The notes: a model not told the origin generated them from the sequence alone. 63,697 nucleotides of DNA, filler included, from Lama guanicoe (GCA_013239625.1; 163 parts of 163 records of this genome joined end to end with filler, not necessarily neighbours in it); one strand, 5' to 3'; shown: positions 1 through 12,410, counted from the whole stretch's first letter. Numbers and translations: made by a program.

Positions 1-782
1 CCAGCATGTTGAGCCGTTACACCAAAAACTGGACTGTACAAACTTTGGACCAGTGACAACACCACCCCATGCAAAGAAACTGTCTTTTGCAGAATGCAAA
101 AAGGAAAATGGCTATTTTGTTTCCATGTTATTTCTTGGTGATATTTTGTTCAATCACATTTAAGGAAAAACAAATATTTACTTATCATTGAAAACTGGAC
201 GTAACACTAGATAATTCTTAATTTGAAAGATTGTTGTTCTGGAGTGAACACTGGACCAACAGAGATTATCTTGAGCTTATCCAAAAAAAAANNNNNNNNN
301 NNNNNNNNNNNNNNNNNNNNNNNNNNNNNNNNNNNTTAATTAATTAANNNNNNNNNNNNNNNNNNNNNNNNNNNNNNNNNNNNNNNNNNNNAGGAAGAAT
401 TACTGTAAGTCTCAGAGAATGTCATATATGTTTTTGGATGGATTTCTCTCGTTATCTTATGATGGACCTGAGACCCCCCAAAATATAAACTGAGCTGTTT
501 TTGTAGATAGTGCAGTTGTTTAATGTAGGCTGTTGCTTCTACTTCTCCCCACGAGTGGACCCAACCCTCCTAGGCTGTGGCAAAACAGAGAAAATGATTA
601 AAAACAGCAAGTTGTCTTTTTCCAAGAATCCTTCCAAGATCGAGAATGCCAGTGTCAGGCTTTCTCCAGTTTATGATGCTGGNNNNNNNNNNNNNNNNNN
701 NNNNNNNNNNNNNNNNNNNNNNNNNNTTAATTAATTAANNNNNNNNNNNNNNNNNNNNNNNNNNNNNNNNNNNNNNNNNNNN

Positions 783-1072
783 CATATATATGTATGTAGT
801 GGAGTTGGCATGTGAAGAGAAACTTTGAGTTCCCAACAAGCAAGGTTAAGGGAGCCTTTCATACACATTTTACCCTCAAAACTTATTATGTGGTGAGACG
901 TTCGTTCATCTAGCAAAGGGGGAACAATTTGCAGGAGAAACACTTACTCTGGCTTCTCAGTCTTTTTCTTAGTGCCTTTTTTGAAGTTCCTGCATTTTTC
1001 ACTGTAAAACCGAATTTGAGCTTGTACCTCACTATATATAAGTATGTAGTGGAGTTTGCAACTGAAGGGAAA
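783..1072 (+). repeat. ~250-bp satellite family, copy A (just over one monomer)
   Basis: GTATGTAGTGGAGTT occurs at 792 and 1042 (period 250). Homologous to 13683-13973 (reverse complement), 45771-46060 and 57526-57817. Confidence 0.88.
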
Positions 1073-3518
1073 NNNNNNNNNNNNNNNNNNNNNNNNNNNN
1101 NNNNNNNNNNNNNNNNTTAATTAATTAANNNNNNNNNNNNNNNNNNNNNNNNNNNNNNNNNNNNNNNNNNNNGCTGACTATGAAAAACACCTGGTTGAAT
1201 ATTTCTAAGAATAATGTTTCTAAGAAAACAGGGACAGGAGAAAGACAATACAAGCAGCCCTGGGTACAGGAAACACACACAGACGGAGGCGTTCGTGCCC
1301 AAGAGAACCTAGATTAGTTGGCCTTAAAGGTCTGTTCACCACGCTACTCTTGAACGTGTTCTGTGCTCTAATCTTTCAGAAAAACAAAGACGAAAACACT
1401 TCTCCTTCCCCGTATTTTGTATTCTTTACTTCTCAGCCAGCCCTTAATAGTTTGAGATTTAGTNNNNNNNNNNNNNNNNNNNNNNNNNNNNNNNNNNNNN
1501 NNNNNNNTTAATTAATTAANNNNNNNNNNNNNNNNNNNNNNNNNNNNNNNNNNNNNNNNNNNNTTACATCCATTTCTATGCCAGTAGAAAATAGCTTTAA
1601 TACATCATTATCAACACCACAAAGGAATACGTGTTAAGTGCTCATCTGCATGTGTTATTCTCTAGGGCTCAGTAGTGAAGTGATCTTTTACTCAGATGAC
1701 TTGTAGCCGCACTTTGAGAAGTCACCTTCAGGCACATACGAAGTACTAAAGGAAACTGGAGAATGGAAGCTCTACCTTCCCAACTTCTTTATTTTATCCA
1801 TCCTCCATCTTTCTCTCCCTTTGCACTTTCTTTCTTTGTTAATGGATTTTTTTTNNNNNNNNNNNNNNNNNNNNNNNNNNNNNNNNNNNNNNNNNNNNTT
1901 AATTAATTAANNNNNNNNNNNNNNNNNNNNNNNNNNNNNNNNNNNNNNNNNNNNGCCGAGTCACTACACCCTGATTTCCCTGGGGGGGCGCCGTCTCCCC
2001 ATCGCGTGGGTCTGAGCCGAGCCAGCATCTCCTCTCCTGCCGCACAGTGATGGTCAGGCCGGCAGCGACACCAACAGGGCAGATCAGTGGCGGTGAGACC
2101 CGGGCTGGGAAAGCTGGGCGGGACCTAGTGCCTCCTGCTCCGTGTGAACGAGGGAGAACACCGGTGGGCCACCCTGTCTGGGAGTGGAGCTGGTGCGGTG
2201 ACTCGGAGCCGAGCGGGGATTCTGACCGCATCATTTCAGCCCTGANNNNNNNNNNNNNNNNNNNNNNNNNNNNNNNNNNNNNNNNNNNNTTAATTAATTA
2301 ANNNNNNNNNNNNNNNNNNNNNNNNNNNNNNNNNNNNNNNNNNNNGAGCATTTTAAATTATCTTTTGGCAGAGAATGACCACAGTTTTTGAAAACTACTA
2401 GCCTCCAGAAAATTCAGACCGGCCCCACAACTGGTATGGAAAGTACGTCCTCCTTTTTTTGTAAAGTACTTTCCTCTCTCCACCGAGTTGCAATAATATT
2501 TGCTTAGTTTTGTCTCAAGTGAAAGAATGACCCCTGTCTGCCTCTAGTCCATTTCTCATCACACTGATTTGTGCACTGCTGCCTCATCCATGTTATCACT
2601 TTGAAGTGTTTTCTCTGCTAAATTTTTCCCTAAAAGNNNNNNNNNNNNNNNNNNNNNNNNNNNNNNNNNNNNNNNNNNNNTTAATTAATTAANNNNNNNN
2701 NNNNNNNNNNNNNNNNNNNNNNNNNNNNNNNNNNNNCCCTCAGCTGTCCCTGTCTCTGATCTGATGGGGGAGGAGAGGGGACAGGCTGGCCCCGTGGCCC
2801 AAGGACCCCACTGCCTACAACCGGCTGCCTTGGGATGGGCCAGATTATTAGGACTCTGCCTGATGCAGCAGGAACTCTCTGAGGGGTGTACATCTAGACA
2901 GAAAAGAGAAGAGGAGGGATGGGAACGGGCGCTCAGGTCCAGCCCATCTCCTGGGCAGCATCCCCCAGGAAGAATTGTTGAGGGTTATTAAGTGAAACCT
3001 AGTCAGAGAGAACAGCTCCCTGGGGCGNNNNNNNNNNNNNNNNNNNNNNNNNNNNNNNNNNNNNNNNNNNNTTAATTAATTAANNNNNNNNNNNNNNNNN
3101 NNNNNNNNNNNNNNNNNNNNNNNNNNNCCACCCTTCCCAGGGCAATATTTAAGGGCAGCAACCAGAGCTGGGGACTGGGGGGAGGGGGGAGGGGGACTGG
3201 GTGTTCTTTCTTTTCTTTTTTCCTTTTTTTTCTTTTTTCTTTTTCTTTTTTTAAAGTAGTACTTTCTTTGAATCATATAAAATGTATATAACCATCTTCA
3301 CTTCTGGTCAGTGCTGCGGGGCTCCTGGGCTCCCACCAAGAAAACCTACTTGTGCATGTGAACAGTTGTGAGTCCCCTGGTCCTCAGCCCCAGCTGGCAC
3401 TCCGCCTGGCCTGGCCAGNNNNNNNNNNNNNNNNNNNNNNNNNNNNNNNNNNNNNNNNNNNNTTAATTAATTAANNNNNNNNNNNNNNNNNNNNNNNNNN
3501 NNNNNNNNNNNNNNNNNN

Positions 3519-3700
3519 AACCAGTCATATATGATCCAGCAAGCCAGTCATATATATTCATTCATCTTTCCTTCCTTCCTCCCTCCCTCCCTCCCTTCTA
3601 TCCATACATCCACACATCTACACATCCACACATCCTTCCATCAGTCCATCCATCTATCAACACATTCATCTAGTCACACTTCCATGCAGCCAGCCAGCCA
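3519..3700. repeat. Degenerate (CCAT)n/(CCTT)n low-complexity tract
   Basis: Runs of ccat/catc/cttc/cagc units read directly. Confidence 0.75.
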
Positions 3701-4300
3701 GCAAATACCTTTCCTCGCCTCTTTGAAGGAGACGGTTCTGCATCATGTGCTAAGATTAAAGGCTCTGGATCAGCGCTATCTGGGTTCTTAGGCAAGAGCT
3801 TGACCTTTTNNNNNNNNNNNNNNNNNNNNNNNNNNNNNNNNNNNNNNNNNNNNTTAATTAATTAANNNNNNNNNNNNNNNNNNNNNNNNNNNNNNNNNNN
3901 NNNNNNNNNCACTGCCCTCTTTACAAATCAAATACCCAGTATCAATCAGTGAAAAATGTAGTCTGTCAAATTAAGGTTTCTGCATCAGGTGAACATTCAA
4001 ACCTGAAGACTCTCCCTTCATGGGCAATTGCTAAGATTATGTAAGAGTAAGTACAGTTGAGAGGACAAAAATGAAGAAATGGATTTCCCCATGTAACAGG
4101 ATATTATTCTGATAAATGAATTTGGTGTTGCAATAGCTGTACATTTTTCTCACTCCTAAAACCTATTAGCTAGTCTATAAGGACAATAATCTTTAATATT
4201 NNNNNNNNNNNNNNNNNNNNNNNNNNNNNNNNNNNNNNNNNNNNTTAATTAATTAANNNNNNNNNNNNNNNNNNNNNNNNNNNNNNNNNNNNNNNNNNNN

Positions 4301-4591
4301 CTTGTACATTCCTTAGCTAGAGTAGCTTTAACCCAGAGGCTATGCTCCAGGAAGGAGGTAATGGGCAGATAATCTCAGAGAAAGAGACAGACCCTCCAGA
4401 GTTCCTCCCGACAGCCAGGAAGATTCATTGAGGCTAAGAGGAAGGTAGCACCGTGTAAAATGCCCTGATTGTTACGTTTTCTGTTTCATCTTTTCTATAA
4501 AACCCCAAGACCCCAACCCCAAGACGGAGTCACAGTCTCTACGGCATTAGCCTGCTGTGACTCCCCTTTGCCTGGCAAAGCAATAAAGCTG
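4301..4591 (+). mobile_element. ERV LTR fragment (U3-R) with TATA box and poly(A) signal
   Basis: TATAAAA at 4496 and AATAAA at 4582, preceded by cccctttgcctggcaaagc, a typical ERV1-type LTR R region (recall). Confidence 0.7.
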
Positions 4592-5188
4592 NNNNNNNNN
4601 NNNNNNNNNNNNNNNNNNNNNNNNNNNNNNNNNNNTTAATTAATTAANNNNNNNNNNNNNNNNNNNNNNNNNNNNNNNNNNNNNNNNNNNNAGAGTTCAT
4701 CCAACACATGAGAATTTACTATAACCTGCTTCCTAATGGAGCATTTCCCAGAAGACTTGCACAAAAGAAATTCAGAACTAAAAACACTACACAAGAGCAT
4801 AAGCTGGCAAGACATATCTTTGCAGATTTCCCTCCTTGGAGGAAACAAAAAAGTAGATTGAAGGTGGATTATTTTTTATGTTAGTTTTTAATTATTATTA
4901 TTTCTCTTTCAGTTGTTGACATCATGTAAAAATGGTTATCCTTGCCTCAGATTACTTATACAATACTCTGAAAATGTGATACNNNNNNNNNNNNNNNNNN
5001 NNNNNNNNNNNNNNNNNNNNNNNNNNTTAATTAATTAANNNNNNNNNNNNNNNNNNNNNNNNNNNNNNNNNNNNNNNNNNNNTTTGGAAAGCTATTCAGA
5101 CTGTTTATTCCATATTTATAGGAAAATGGAGAACTCTTCATCACCAACGTCCTCCAGACTTTCACCCCCTAGACTTGTTTATGCTGAT

Positions 5189-5373
5189 TGTATTAGTCAA
5201 GATTCAGCCAGAGGAATTGAATCAGTTGCAAGGAATTGGCTTGCATGATTGTATGGTCTGACAAGACAAGTCTGAAATCCATAGGTCAGGCTGTCAGGAA
5301 GGGCAGGTTGGAACACCTGGGAAATGAGCTGAAGCTGCTTTCCACAGGCAGAGTTTCTTCTTTTGGGAAGCCT
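5189..5373. mobile_element. MLT2-like (ERVL) LTR fragment
   Basis: TGTATTAGTC terminus followed by aaggaattggcttgcatgattgt...aagtctgaaatccataggtcaggctgtcagg, resembling the MLT2 consensus. Confidence 0.7.
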
Positions 5374-7428
5374 NNNNNNNNNNNNNNNNNNNNNNNNNNN
5401 NNNNNNNNNNNNNNNNNTTAATTAATTAANNNNNNNNNNNNNNNNNNNNNNNNNNNNNNNNNNNNNNNNNNNNCTGCCCATAGATTGAGAATGAAATTAG
5501 CATGTGACCTGGACAGCATTAAGAAATATAAACTTAAAAAAATCCTTCACGATGAAGTAGAAGTGTATTGTAGATATTGCCTTAAGTCACTGAGGCATAT
5601 TTTATTGACACTTGACTCTTCTCCCCAGGTTCCTAATGCACTTTACAATGGGAAGCTGATTGTACAGGTGTCAGCAACATTGGTAGAGTCATGGAAAGAG
5701 GGTTGTACTTTTAAATAAAGGGCTTACTATTCATACAATGCTGTGTCCTCTATTTTAGCCCTAGNNNNNNNNNNNNNNNNNNNNNNNNNNNNNNNNNNNN
5801 NNNNNNNNTTAATTAATTAANNNNNNNNNNNNNNNNNNNNNNNNNNNNNNNNNNNNNNNNNNNNGTGTATTTCCTGGGACCTGGCCCCTCACCTGCAGCT
5901 GCGGAAGCCGGACTCAGCTTCCTCGAGCTTCACAGGAAGATGTTAGACACGTGGCCCGTGCAGGCTGTGTTGTGTGTCTTAACACACATTAAAAGTGCCC
6001 TCTTTTCTTGTGTGATGGATGAATGATCCTGCAGACAACTCTGCAACTCACAGTTGTACAAATATTTTGTTCAGTGAGAGCATCGTTTGGGTGAATGCTA
6101 GACTCGAAGGCCACTACCATTTAGGAGTATCTTGAGGTTTAAGGTTCCTGGAAACNNNNNNNNNNNNNNNNNNNNNNNNNNNNNNNNNNNNNNNNNNNNT
6201 TAATTAATTAANNNNNNNNNNNNNNNNNNNNNNNNNNNNNNNNNNNNNNNNNNNNGCCTGCGCGTCTCCTCTCTGCGAGCTCATCAAGGACAGGTGACCC
6301 TGACCCCCGGCCGGCTGCTGCCTCGATCAGTCGTGGGCTGCAGGCTCCCCGAGAGCGGCCTCCCCCCTCTGTGACCCCACCTCATGGACAGAGAGGAGGT
6401 GGCAGGGGCCGAGCGTGGGGCTGGGAAGGCAGGTGTCAGGGCACCACGGGCAGGTGCCGGTTCACAGAGGGGCCCAGTAATCGGGCTCCAGGTTTCCACG
6501 GGGCTGAGTGGCCTTGTTTGACATCCGTGTGCCCTTTGCAACCCCCNNNNNNNNNNNNNNNNNNNNNNNNNNNNNNNNNNNNNNNNNNNNTTAATTAATT
6601 AANNNNNNNNNNNNNNNNNNNNNNNNNNNNNNNNNNNNNNNNNNNNTTATGATCTCTGCAATTTCTTCTGTTTAGAAGTCCGGAATCTTGGAACTGTTCT
6701 TGTAACACTGAATTGAGTACTTTCCTCAAGTGCACGTTGAACCTCCACAGGTATTGGCCAATATCAGTGAGGATCAGAATGTCTGATGAATGAATTTCGA
6801 GCCTAGCATTCTGTACAGAAGTCTCCATGCCAGTATTCTAAATTGTAGCAGAACCACACTCATCAATGTTTTCGCATCAACCCTCAATCAACGCATCCAG
6901 CTTTTCCGTAAACTTCTCTTTCAGTCTCCAATAAAGTNNNNNNNNNNNNNNNNNNNNNNNNNNNNNNNNNNNNNNNNNNNNTTAATTAATTAANNNNNNN
7001 NNNNNNNNNNNNNNNNNNNNNNNNNNNNNNNNNNNNNGGCACTTTGAATATGCAGTGCTTTTGATACTAATGTATTGGCATAAAAATATATCTTAAGAAT
7101 TATTCTTGAACTTAGTCTTTAAAAATGTCACTGTTAATAACTGTGTGACAGATACCATAAGTTCCTTCACACTTCCTATAGTATTAATTAAAAAAATTCA
7201 TGATGTTAAAGCCTGTGCATTTTCAAATATACATATATTTGAATTACATATGTATATATATAAATGTTTTTTGTTAGTTAAAAAATATAAAGGCATTAAA
7301 TAGTATTTAAACGACCAAAATTTTAGCTNNNNNNNNNNNNNNNNNNNNNNNNNNNNNNNNNNNNNNNNNNNNTTAATTAATTAANNNNNNNNNNNNNNNN
7401 NNNNNNNNNNNNNNNNNNNNNNNNNNNN

Positions 7429-7490
7429 CATGTTGCTGCAAATGGCATTATTTCATTCTTTTTTATGGCTGAGTAAAATTCCGTTATAGA
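7429..7490 (-). mobile_element. L1 3' region fragment
   Basis: catgttgctgcaaatggcattatttcattcttttttatggctgag; the minus strand reads YSAIKKNEIMPFAAT (end of L1 ORF2). Confidence 0.85.
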
Positions 7491-7548
7491 CATCACTGAG
7501 TACGGGGTAGTATTTCTATAAAATAGGTACCTAGAAGAGGAATTGATG

Positions 7549-7718
7549 GTGTCATAGTCCGCTTGGGCTATTATAACAAAAGTACCATAAACTGGGTGGT
7601 TTATAACAACAAACACTTATTTTTCACAGTTCTGGAGGCTGAAAGTCCAAGATCATGGTGCCAGCAGATTTGGTGTCTGCAACGGACTCAGTTCCTCATA
7701 AAAAGCTGTCTTTTTGCT
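7549..7718. mobile_element. MLT1 (MaLR) LTR fragment
   Basis: taccataaactgggtggtttataacaac...cacagttctggaggctgaaagtccaagatcatggtgccagcag, an MLT1 signature. Confidence 0.85.
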
Positions 7719-7818
7719 NNNNNNNNNNNNNNNNNNNNNNNNNNNNNNNNNNNNNNNNNNNNTTAATTAATTAANNNNNNNNNNNNNNNNNNNNNNNNNN
7801 NNNNNNNNNNNNNNNNNN

Positions 7819-8109
7819 GAAGTACTGATTCATGCTACAATATGGATGAACCCTGAAAGCATTATGCAAAATGAAAGAAACCAGACATATAAGGCCACAT
7901 ATTTTATGGGCTGAAATATCCAGAGTAGGCAAATTCATAGAGACAGAAAGAGGTTAGTAGTTGCCAGAGACTGGGCAGAGTGGGGAGTGGGGAGTGATTG
8001 TTTAATAGGTTCAGGTTTTCCTTTGGGGATGATGAAAATATTAAGGAACTCTAGGTAGCAGTGATAGTTGCACAACATTGTGAACATACTGAGTGCCACT
8101 GAATTTTAA
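7819..8109 (+). mobile_element. Ancient L1M (L1MB-like) 3' UTR
   Basis: gtactgattcatgctacaatatggatgaaccctgaaagcattatgc...tccagagtaggcaaattcatagagacagaaag...ccactgaatt. Confidence 0.85.
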
Positions 8110-8404
8110 NNNNNNNNNNNNNNNNNNNNNNNNNNNNNNNNNNNNNNNNNNNNTTAATTAATTAANNNNNNNNNNNNNNNNNNNNNNNNNNNNNNNNNNN
8201 NNNNNNNNNGGTGGGTGGTGCTGGCTTCCTGAGGCCAGGACAGCTCTGCTGCATCCCCACTCACCTGGGCCAGGAGCGCCCCCTCCCCTGGGTGTGAGCG
8301 GGTGGCACACGGACAGCACCCTTTCCCTGAGCAGGGCAGGCCATCCCAGGGTCATGAGATTGGGGTCAGTCTGTGAGTTCAGGGGTGGGTACTCCCGCCT
8401 CCTC

Positions 8405-8460
8405 ACTGTAACCCTGTCTGAGCCTCAGTTTTTTCACCTTGAAATGGGGGAAGGGTAACA
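8405..8460 (+). mobile_element. MIR SINE core fragment
   Basis: aaccctgtctgagcctcagttttttcaccttgaaatgggg resembles the MIR core. Confidence 0.6.
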
Positions 8461-8991
8461 GTGCCAGCCTGGCCAAAGCAGGAGGCAGTGGTGGGTCCAG
8501 NNNNNNNNNNNNNNNNNNNNNNNNNNNNNNNNNNNNNNNNNNNNTTAATTAATTAANNNNNNNNNNNNNNNNNNNNNNNNNNNNNNNNNNNNNNNNNNNN
8601 AGAAATTTCACACACGCATGCAATTCTTCCCAAGTATATCACACCAATATCTCATTTTTTTCCATGATGAATAAAAACAGTGTATTCCAGGACTTGTGAA
8701 TAGTAAATACTGTGATGTGCTCTCTAACAAACTTATTTAGTGAAACTGATGTCTTACTGCCCCCCGGTGAAATTCCATGTGTGCTGTGTTCTACCTCTTT
8801 AGCTTTGAACTTTGCAGTCGTTACCGATGTATGTAAAGTTCCTACACTCAGAAAAGTGCACATATTCATCCATTTTTAGGGGTAGGCATTTNNNNNNNNN
8901 NNNNNNNNNNNNNNNNNNNNNNNNNNNNNNNNNNNTTAATTAATTAANNNNNNNNNNNNNNNNNNNNNNNNNNNNNNNNNNNNNNNNNNNN

Positions 8992-9180
8992 CTTTCGGTT
9001 CTTGTGTGTCTGAAAAAGTCTCCATTTTGCCTTCATGGTTTAAAGATGCTTCTGCTGGGCTGAGAGTCTGCACTGATGGTATTTTTTCTTTTCAGTATGT
9101 TAAAGATGCTGTTCCACTGTCCTTTGTCTGGCATTGCTTTTAATGACAAGTCTGCTGTCATCTTTATCTGTGTTCCTCTG
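8992..9180 (-). mobile_element. Ancient L1M ORF1 fragment
   Basis: tctgaaaaagtctccattttgccttca...ttaaagatgctgttccactgtc...gacaagtctgctgtc is antisense to the L1 ORF1 C-terminal region. Confidence 0.75.
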
Positions 9181-9382
9181 ACCCCACCTCCCCATGTTTC
9201 ACCCTCTTGACAGTGGGCTGGGGGTGCCCCTGGACGCCTGTGCCCTGTGCAGCCTGAACAGCCTGGCCCACCCCGAATCTCCNNNNNNNNNNNNNNNNNN
9301 NNNNNNNNNNNNNNNNNNNNNNNNNNTTAATTAATTAANNNNNNNNNNNNNNNNNNNNNNNNNNNNNNNNNNNNNNNNNNNN

Positions 9383-9673
9383 TTCCTGGATAACAGGACT
9401 GAACCCGGGGTGGGGCAGGGATGGACACTGCAGTGCCCCTACTTCTTTGGTGTCCCTGAGACTACGGAGACCAGAGGGCCAGGTATCCACCCACGGCAGC
9501 AAAGGAGACCCTCTTAGCCCGGCTTCCCCGTCTGGGGTCAGCAGGCCTAGTAGGGGCCTTGTCCACATGCCCCCTGGATGCGAAGGAGCTGGTGGCATAG
9601 CTGCCCCAGGGTCCCCGGGAGAGAGTCAGCAGCACAGAGCAGTGGGGTCAGGGCCCCCCTTTGCTGGGACAGT
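9383..9673. repeat. Duplicated fragment, arm 1 of an assembly bubble (about 95% identical to 9774-10064)
   Basis: Manual alignment gives about 11 substitutions plus 2 compensating 1-bp indels. The first and last 49 nt are identical. Confidence 0.95.
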
Positions 9674-9773
9674 NNNNNNNNNNNNNNNNNNNNNNNNNNN
9701 NNNNNNNNNNNNNNNNNTTAATTAATTAANNNNNNNNNNNNNNNNNNNNNNNNNNNNNNNNNNNNNNNNNNNN

Positions 9774-10064
9774 TTCCTGGATAACAGGACTGAACCCGGG
9801 GTGGGGCAGGGATGGACACTGCGGTGCCCCTACTTCTTTGGTGTCCCTGAGACTACGGAGACCAGTGGGCCAGGTATCCACCCACGATAGCAAAGAGACC
9901 CTCTTAGCCCGGCTTCCCCCACTGGGGTCAGCAGGCCTAGCAGGGGGCTTGTCCACATACCCCCTGGATGCGAAGGAGCTGGTGACCATAGCTGCCCCAG
10001 GGTCCCCGGGAGAGTGTCAGCAGCACAGAGCAGTGGGGTCAGGGCCCCCCTTTGCTGGGACAGT
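9774..10064. repeat. Duplicated fragment, arm 2 of an assembly bubble
   Basis: Same alignment as 9383-9673. Confidence 0.95.
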
Positions 10065-10164
10065 NNNNNNNNNNNNNNNNNNNNNNNNNNNNNNNNNNNN
10101 NNNNNNNNTTAATTAATTAANNNNNNNNNNNNNNNNNNNNNNNNNNNNNNNNNNNNNNNNNNNN

Positions 10165-10455
10165 AAAGAAGGCAAAAAACTTGTTCACTGAGAGTCGCAA
10201 AACATTGCTGAAAGAAATTGAAGACAAATGGCAAAGCATCCTGAGCTCCCGGATCAGAAAACTGAATATTGTTAAGATGTTAATACAAGCAAAAAACAGA
10301 TGCAATGACATGTCTATCATAATCCCAAGAGGATTTTGAAGAAGTAGAAAAATACATCCTAAAATCCATACAAAATCTCAAGATACACAGAATAACCCAA
10401 ATAATCAGAAAAGAATTGGGGAATTCACTCTGATTCAAAACTCACGACAAAGCTA
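10165..10455 (+). mobile_element. Degenerate L1 ORF2 fragment
   Basis: aaaacattgctgaaagaaattgaagacaaatggcaaagcatcc...aatattgttaagatg matches the L1 ORF2 region just after the RT domain. Confidence 0.8.
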
Positions 10456-10561
10456 NNNNNNNNNNNNNNNNNNNNNNNNNNNNNNNNNNNNNNNNNNNNT
10501 TAATTAATTAANNNNNNNNNNNNNNNNNNNNNNNNNNNNNNNNNNNNNNNNNNNNCATCAG

Positions 10562-10838
10562 GTGTGACAGGGGAGGATGTGGAGCAGAGTCCACCAGTCC
10601 TGATTGTCCCGGAGGGAGCCCCCTCCACGCTGTGGTGCAGTTTTTCTAGCTCTCTGCCCAATGTGCACTGGTATCGTCAGAACCCTGGGAGCCGCCTCAT
10701 CCACCTGTTTTACGTTGCTTCAGGGATGAAGCACGATGGAAGATTCAGTGCCACAGCATTCGCTAAAGAACGCCGCAGCTCCTTGAACATTTCCTCCTCC
10801 CAGACCGCAGACTCAGCCACTTACTTCTGTGCTGTGAG
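10562..10838 (+). CDS. TRAV22: T-cell receptor alpha variable gene V exon, TRAV22-subgroup-like, germline (unrearranged)
   Basis: Acceptor AG at 10560-10561, then open frame (G)VTGEDVEQSPPVLIVPEGAPSTLWCSF...VHWYRQNPG...DSATYFCAV with both Ig-V cysteines and the conserved Trp. Close to human TRAV22 as recalled (VEQSPPDLILQEGANSTLRCNFS...LINLFYIPSGTKQNGRLSAT). The subgroup assignment is less certain than the TRAV call. Confidence 0.9.
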
Positions 10839-10845
10839 CACAGTG
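10839..10845 (+). promoter_or_regulatory. V(D)J recombination signal heptamer CACAGTG (spacer and nonamer cut off by the contig end)
   Basis: Consensus heptamer immediately after the TGT GCT GTG AG end of the V exon. Confidence 0.9.
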
Positions 10846-12119
10846 CNNNNNNNNNNNNNNNNNNNNNNNNNNNNNNNNNNNNNNNNNNNNTTAATTAATT
10901 AANNNNNNNNNNNNNNNNNNNNNNNNNNNNNNNNNNNNNNNNNNNNTTCCATGTTTGGTCTAATTTTTCAATTGTTTTCAGTTTAAGAATTGAGGTTGAG
11001 TCATTATTCTAATCATCTATAACTGATGACTTAATTAGATAATTACTTAGAGGTGCTTCCTCGTCTTCTGACCCTAAGTGGCCTCCACAGCTGTTACCCA
11101 TCCCCCTGGGAACCTTACATTCATTCAGTAAGGTCCTCTATAAACTGGCATTGAAGATAGAAGAAAATGTTCTAGAAACGTTCCTGTAATGTTGAGGTTC
11201 TGTGTGATAATGAGGGTTGGATCATAGGCTCTAGACTNNNNNNNNNNNNNNNNNNNNNNNNNNNNNNNNNNNNNNNNNNNNTTAATTAATTAANNNNNNN
11301 NNNNNNNNNNNNNNNNNNNNNNNNNNNNNNNNNNNNNAGAGAGAGAGAGAGAAAGAGAGGATTATTGAAATTTATAGATTTGGCCATGGCAAAATGACAT
11401 TTATGTTTTTCAGTGTTAAAATGAAATCAAATATATAACTTGTTGGGTTTTGCTTTCATGACAAATAGGGACTGACAAATACATACCACATTACCATCCT
11501 TGATTGCTCTGATGGAACTCATTTTCATCTTGTGTTCCTCTAATTACATGAAAATTGCATACTTTTTATGCATGACACATTTCGCACAGCTTTCGCAAAA
11601 GGTTGTGAAGAGACAGGGAAAAAAAAAANNNNNNNNNNNNNNNNNNNNNNNNNNNNNNNNNNNNNNNNNNNNTTAATTAATTAANNNNNNNNNNNNNNNN
11701 NNNNNNNNNNNNNNNNNNNNNNNNNNNNTCATTTTAGGGTCTTCTTCTCTGTCAGCCTGAGCCAGCCACCCCCCATTCACCCTACCCTCCGGGCTCATAT
11801 CTGGGCGCGTCTCCACCCAAGGTCCAGCCTCACTCCTTTAAGTACCCACCTCTTGCCATCCAGCTTCTTCTCCACCAGCCTCCCTGGCCCTCCTTCATCC
11901 TCACTTGGGCATCAAGTGCTGACTCCTCTGCTTTCCTGCCTGTCCACGTTCCGCTTATTTCCACTTCCCTACCTTCCAGCTCTGCATCCACAGTCAGCAC
12001 TCTCTTTATGACAAACAAANNNNNNNNNNNNNNNNNNNNNNNNNNNNNNNNNNNNNNNNNNNNTTAATTAATTAANNNNNNNNNNNNNNNNNNNNNNNNN
12101 NNNNNNNNNNNNNNNNNNN

Positions 12120-12410
12120 ACAGATCACATGTTAGGACACAAAACAAGTCTTAACAAATTTAAGAAGACTGAAACCATATCAAGCATCTTTTACAACCAC
12201 AGTGTTACGAAAATAAAAATCAATTACAAGAAGAAAACTGGACAATTGACAAATAACGTGGAGACTAAACCACATGCTATTGAACCACCAATAGGTCAAA
12301 GGAAAAAAATCAAAAGTGAAATAAAAAAAAATCTTGAGACAAATGAAAATGGAAATATAAAATACTATAACCTATGGGATGTAGCAAAACAGTTCTAAGA
12401 GAAAACTTCA
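12120..12410 (+). mobile_element. L1 ORF2 fragment (end of the endonuclease domain)
   Basis: DHMLGHKTSLNKFKKTETISSIFYNHS...KKNLETNENGNIKYYNLWDVAK, with internal frameshifts. Confidence 0.92.

Noticed and set aside
336..347. TTAA as a piggyBac target site, a PacI site or a homeodomain site
   Set aside because: It is synthetic linker sequence, always isolated between N runs.
2043..2049. CACAGTG heptamer in a GC-rich fragment (also at about 52446 and 52539)
   Set aside because: There is no ACAAAAACC-like nonamer at 12 or 23 bp and no adjoining V, D or J coding end.
6647..6937. Coding-looking fragment (minus frame YWRLKEKFTEKLDALIEG*...)
   Set aside because: The frames I read contain stops and I recognise no protein. 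It could be a pseudogene, and BLASTx would be needed.
9498..9518. Minus-strand AKRVSFA (PP1-docking RVxF-like motif) in bubble arm 1
   Set aside because: The frame stops shortly afterwards and the motif is frameshifted in arm 2. There is no evidence of coding.
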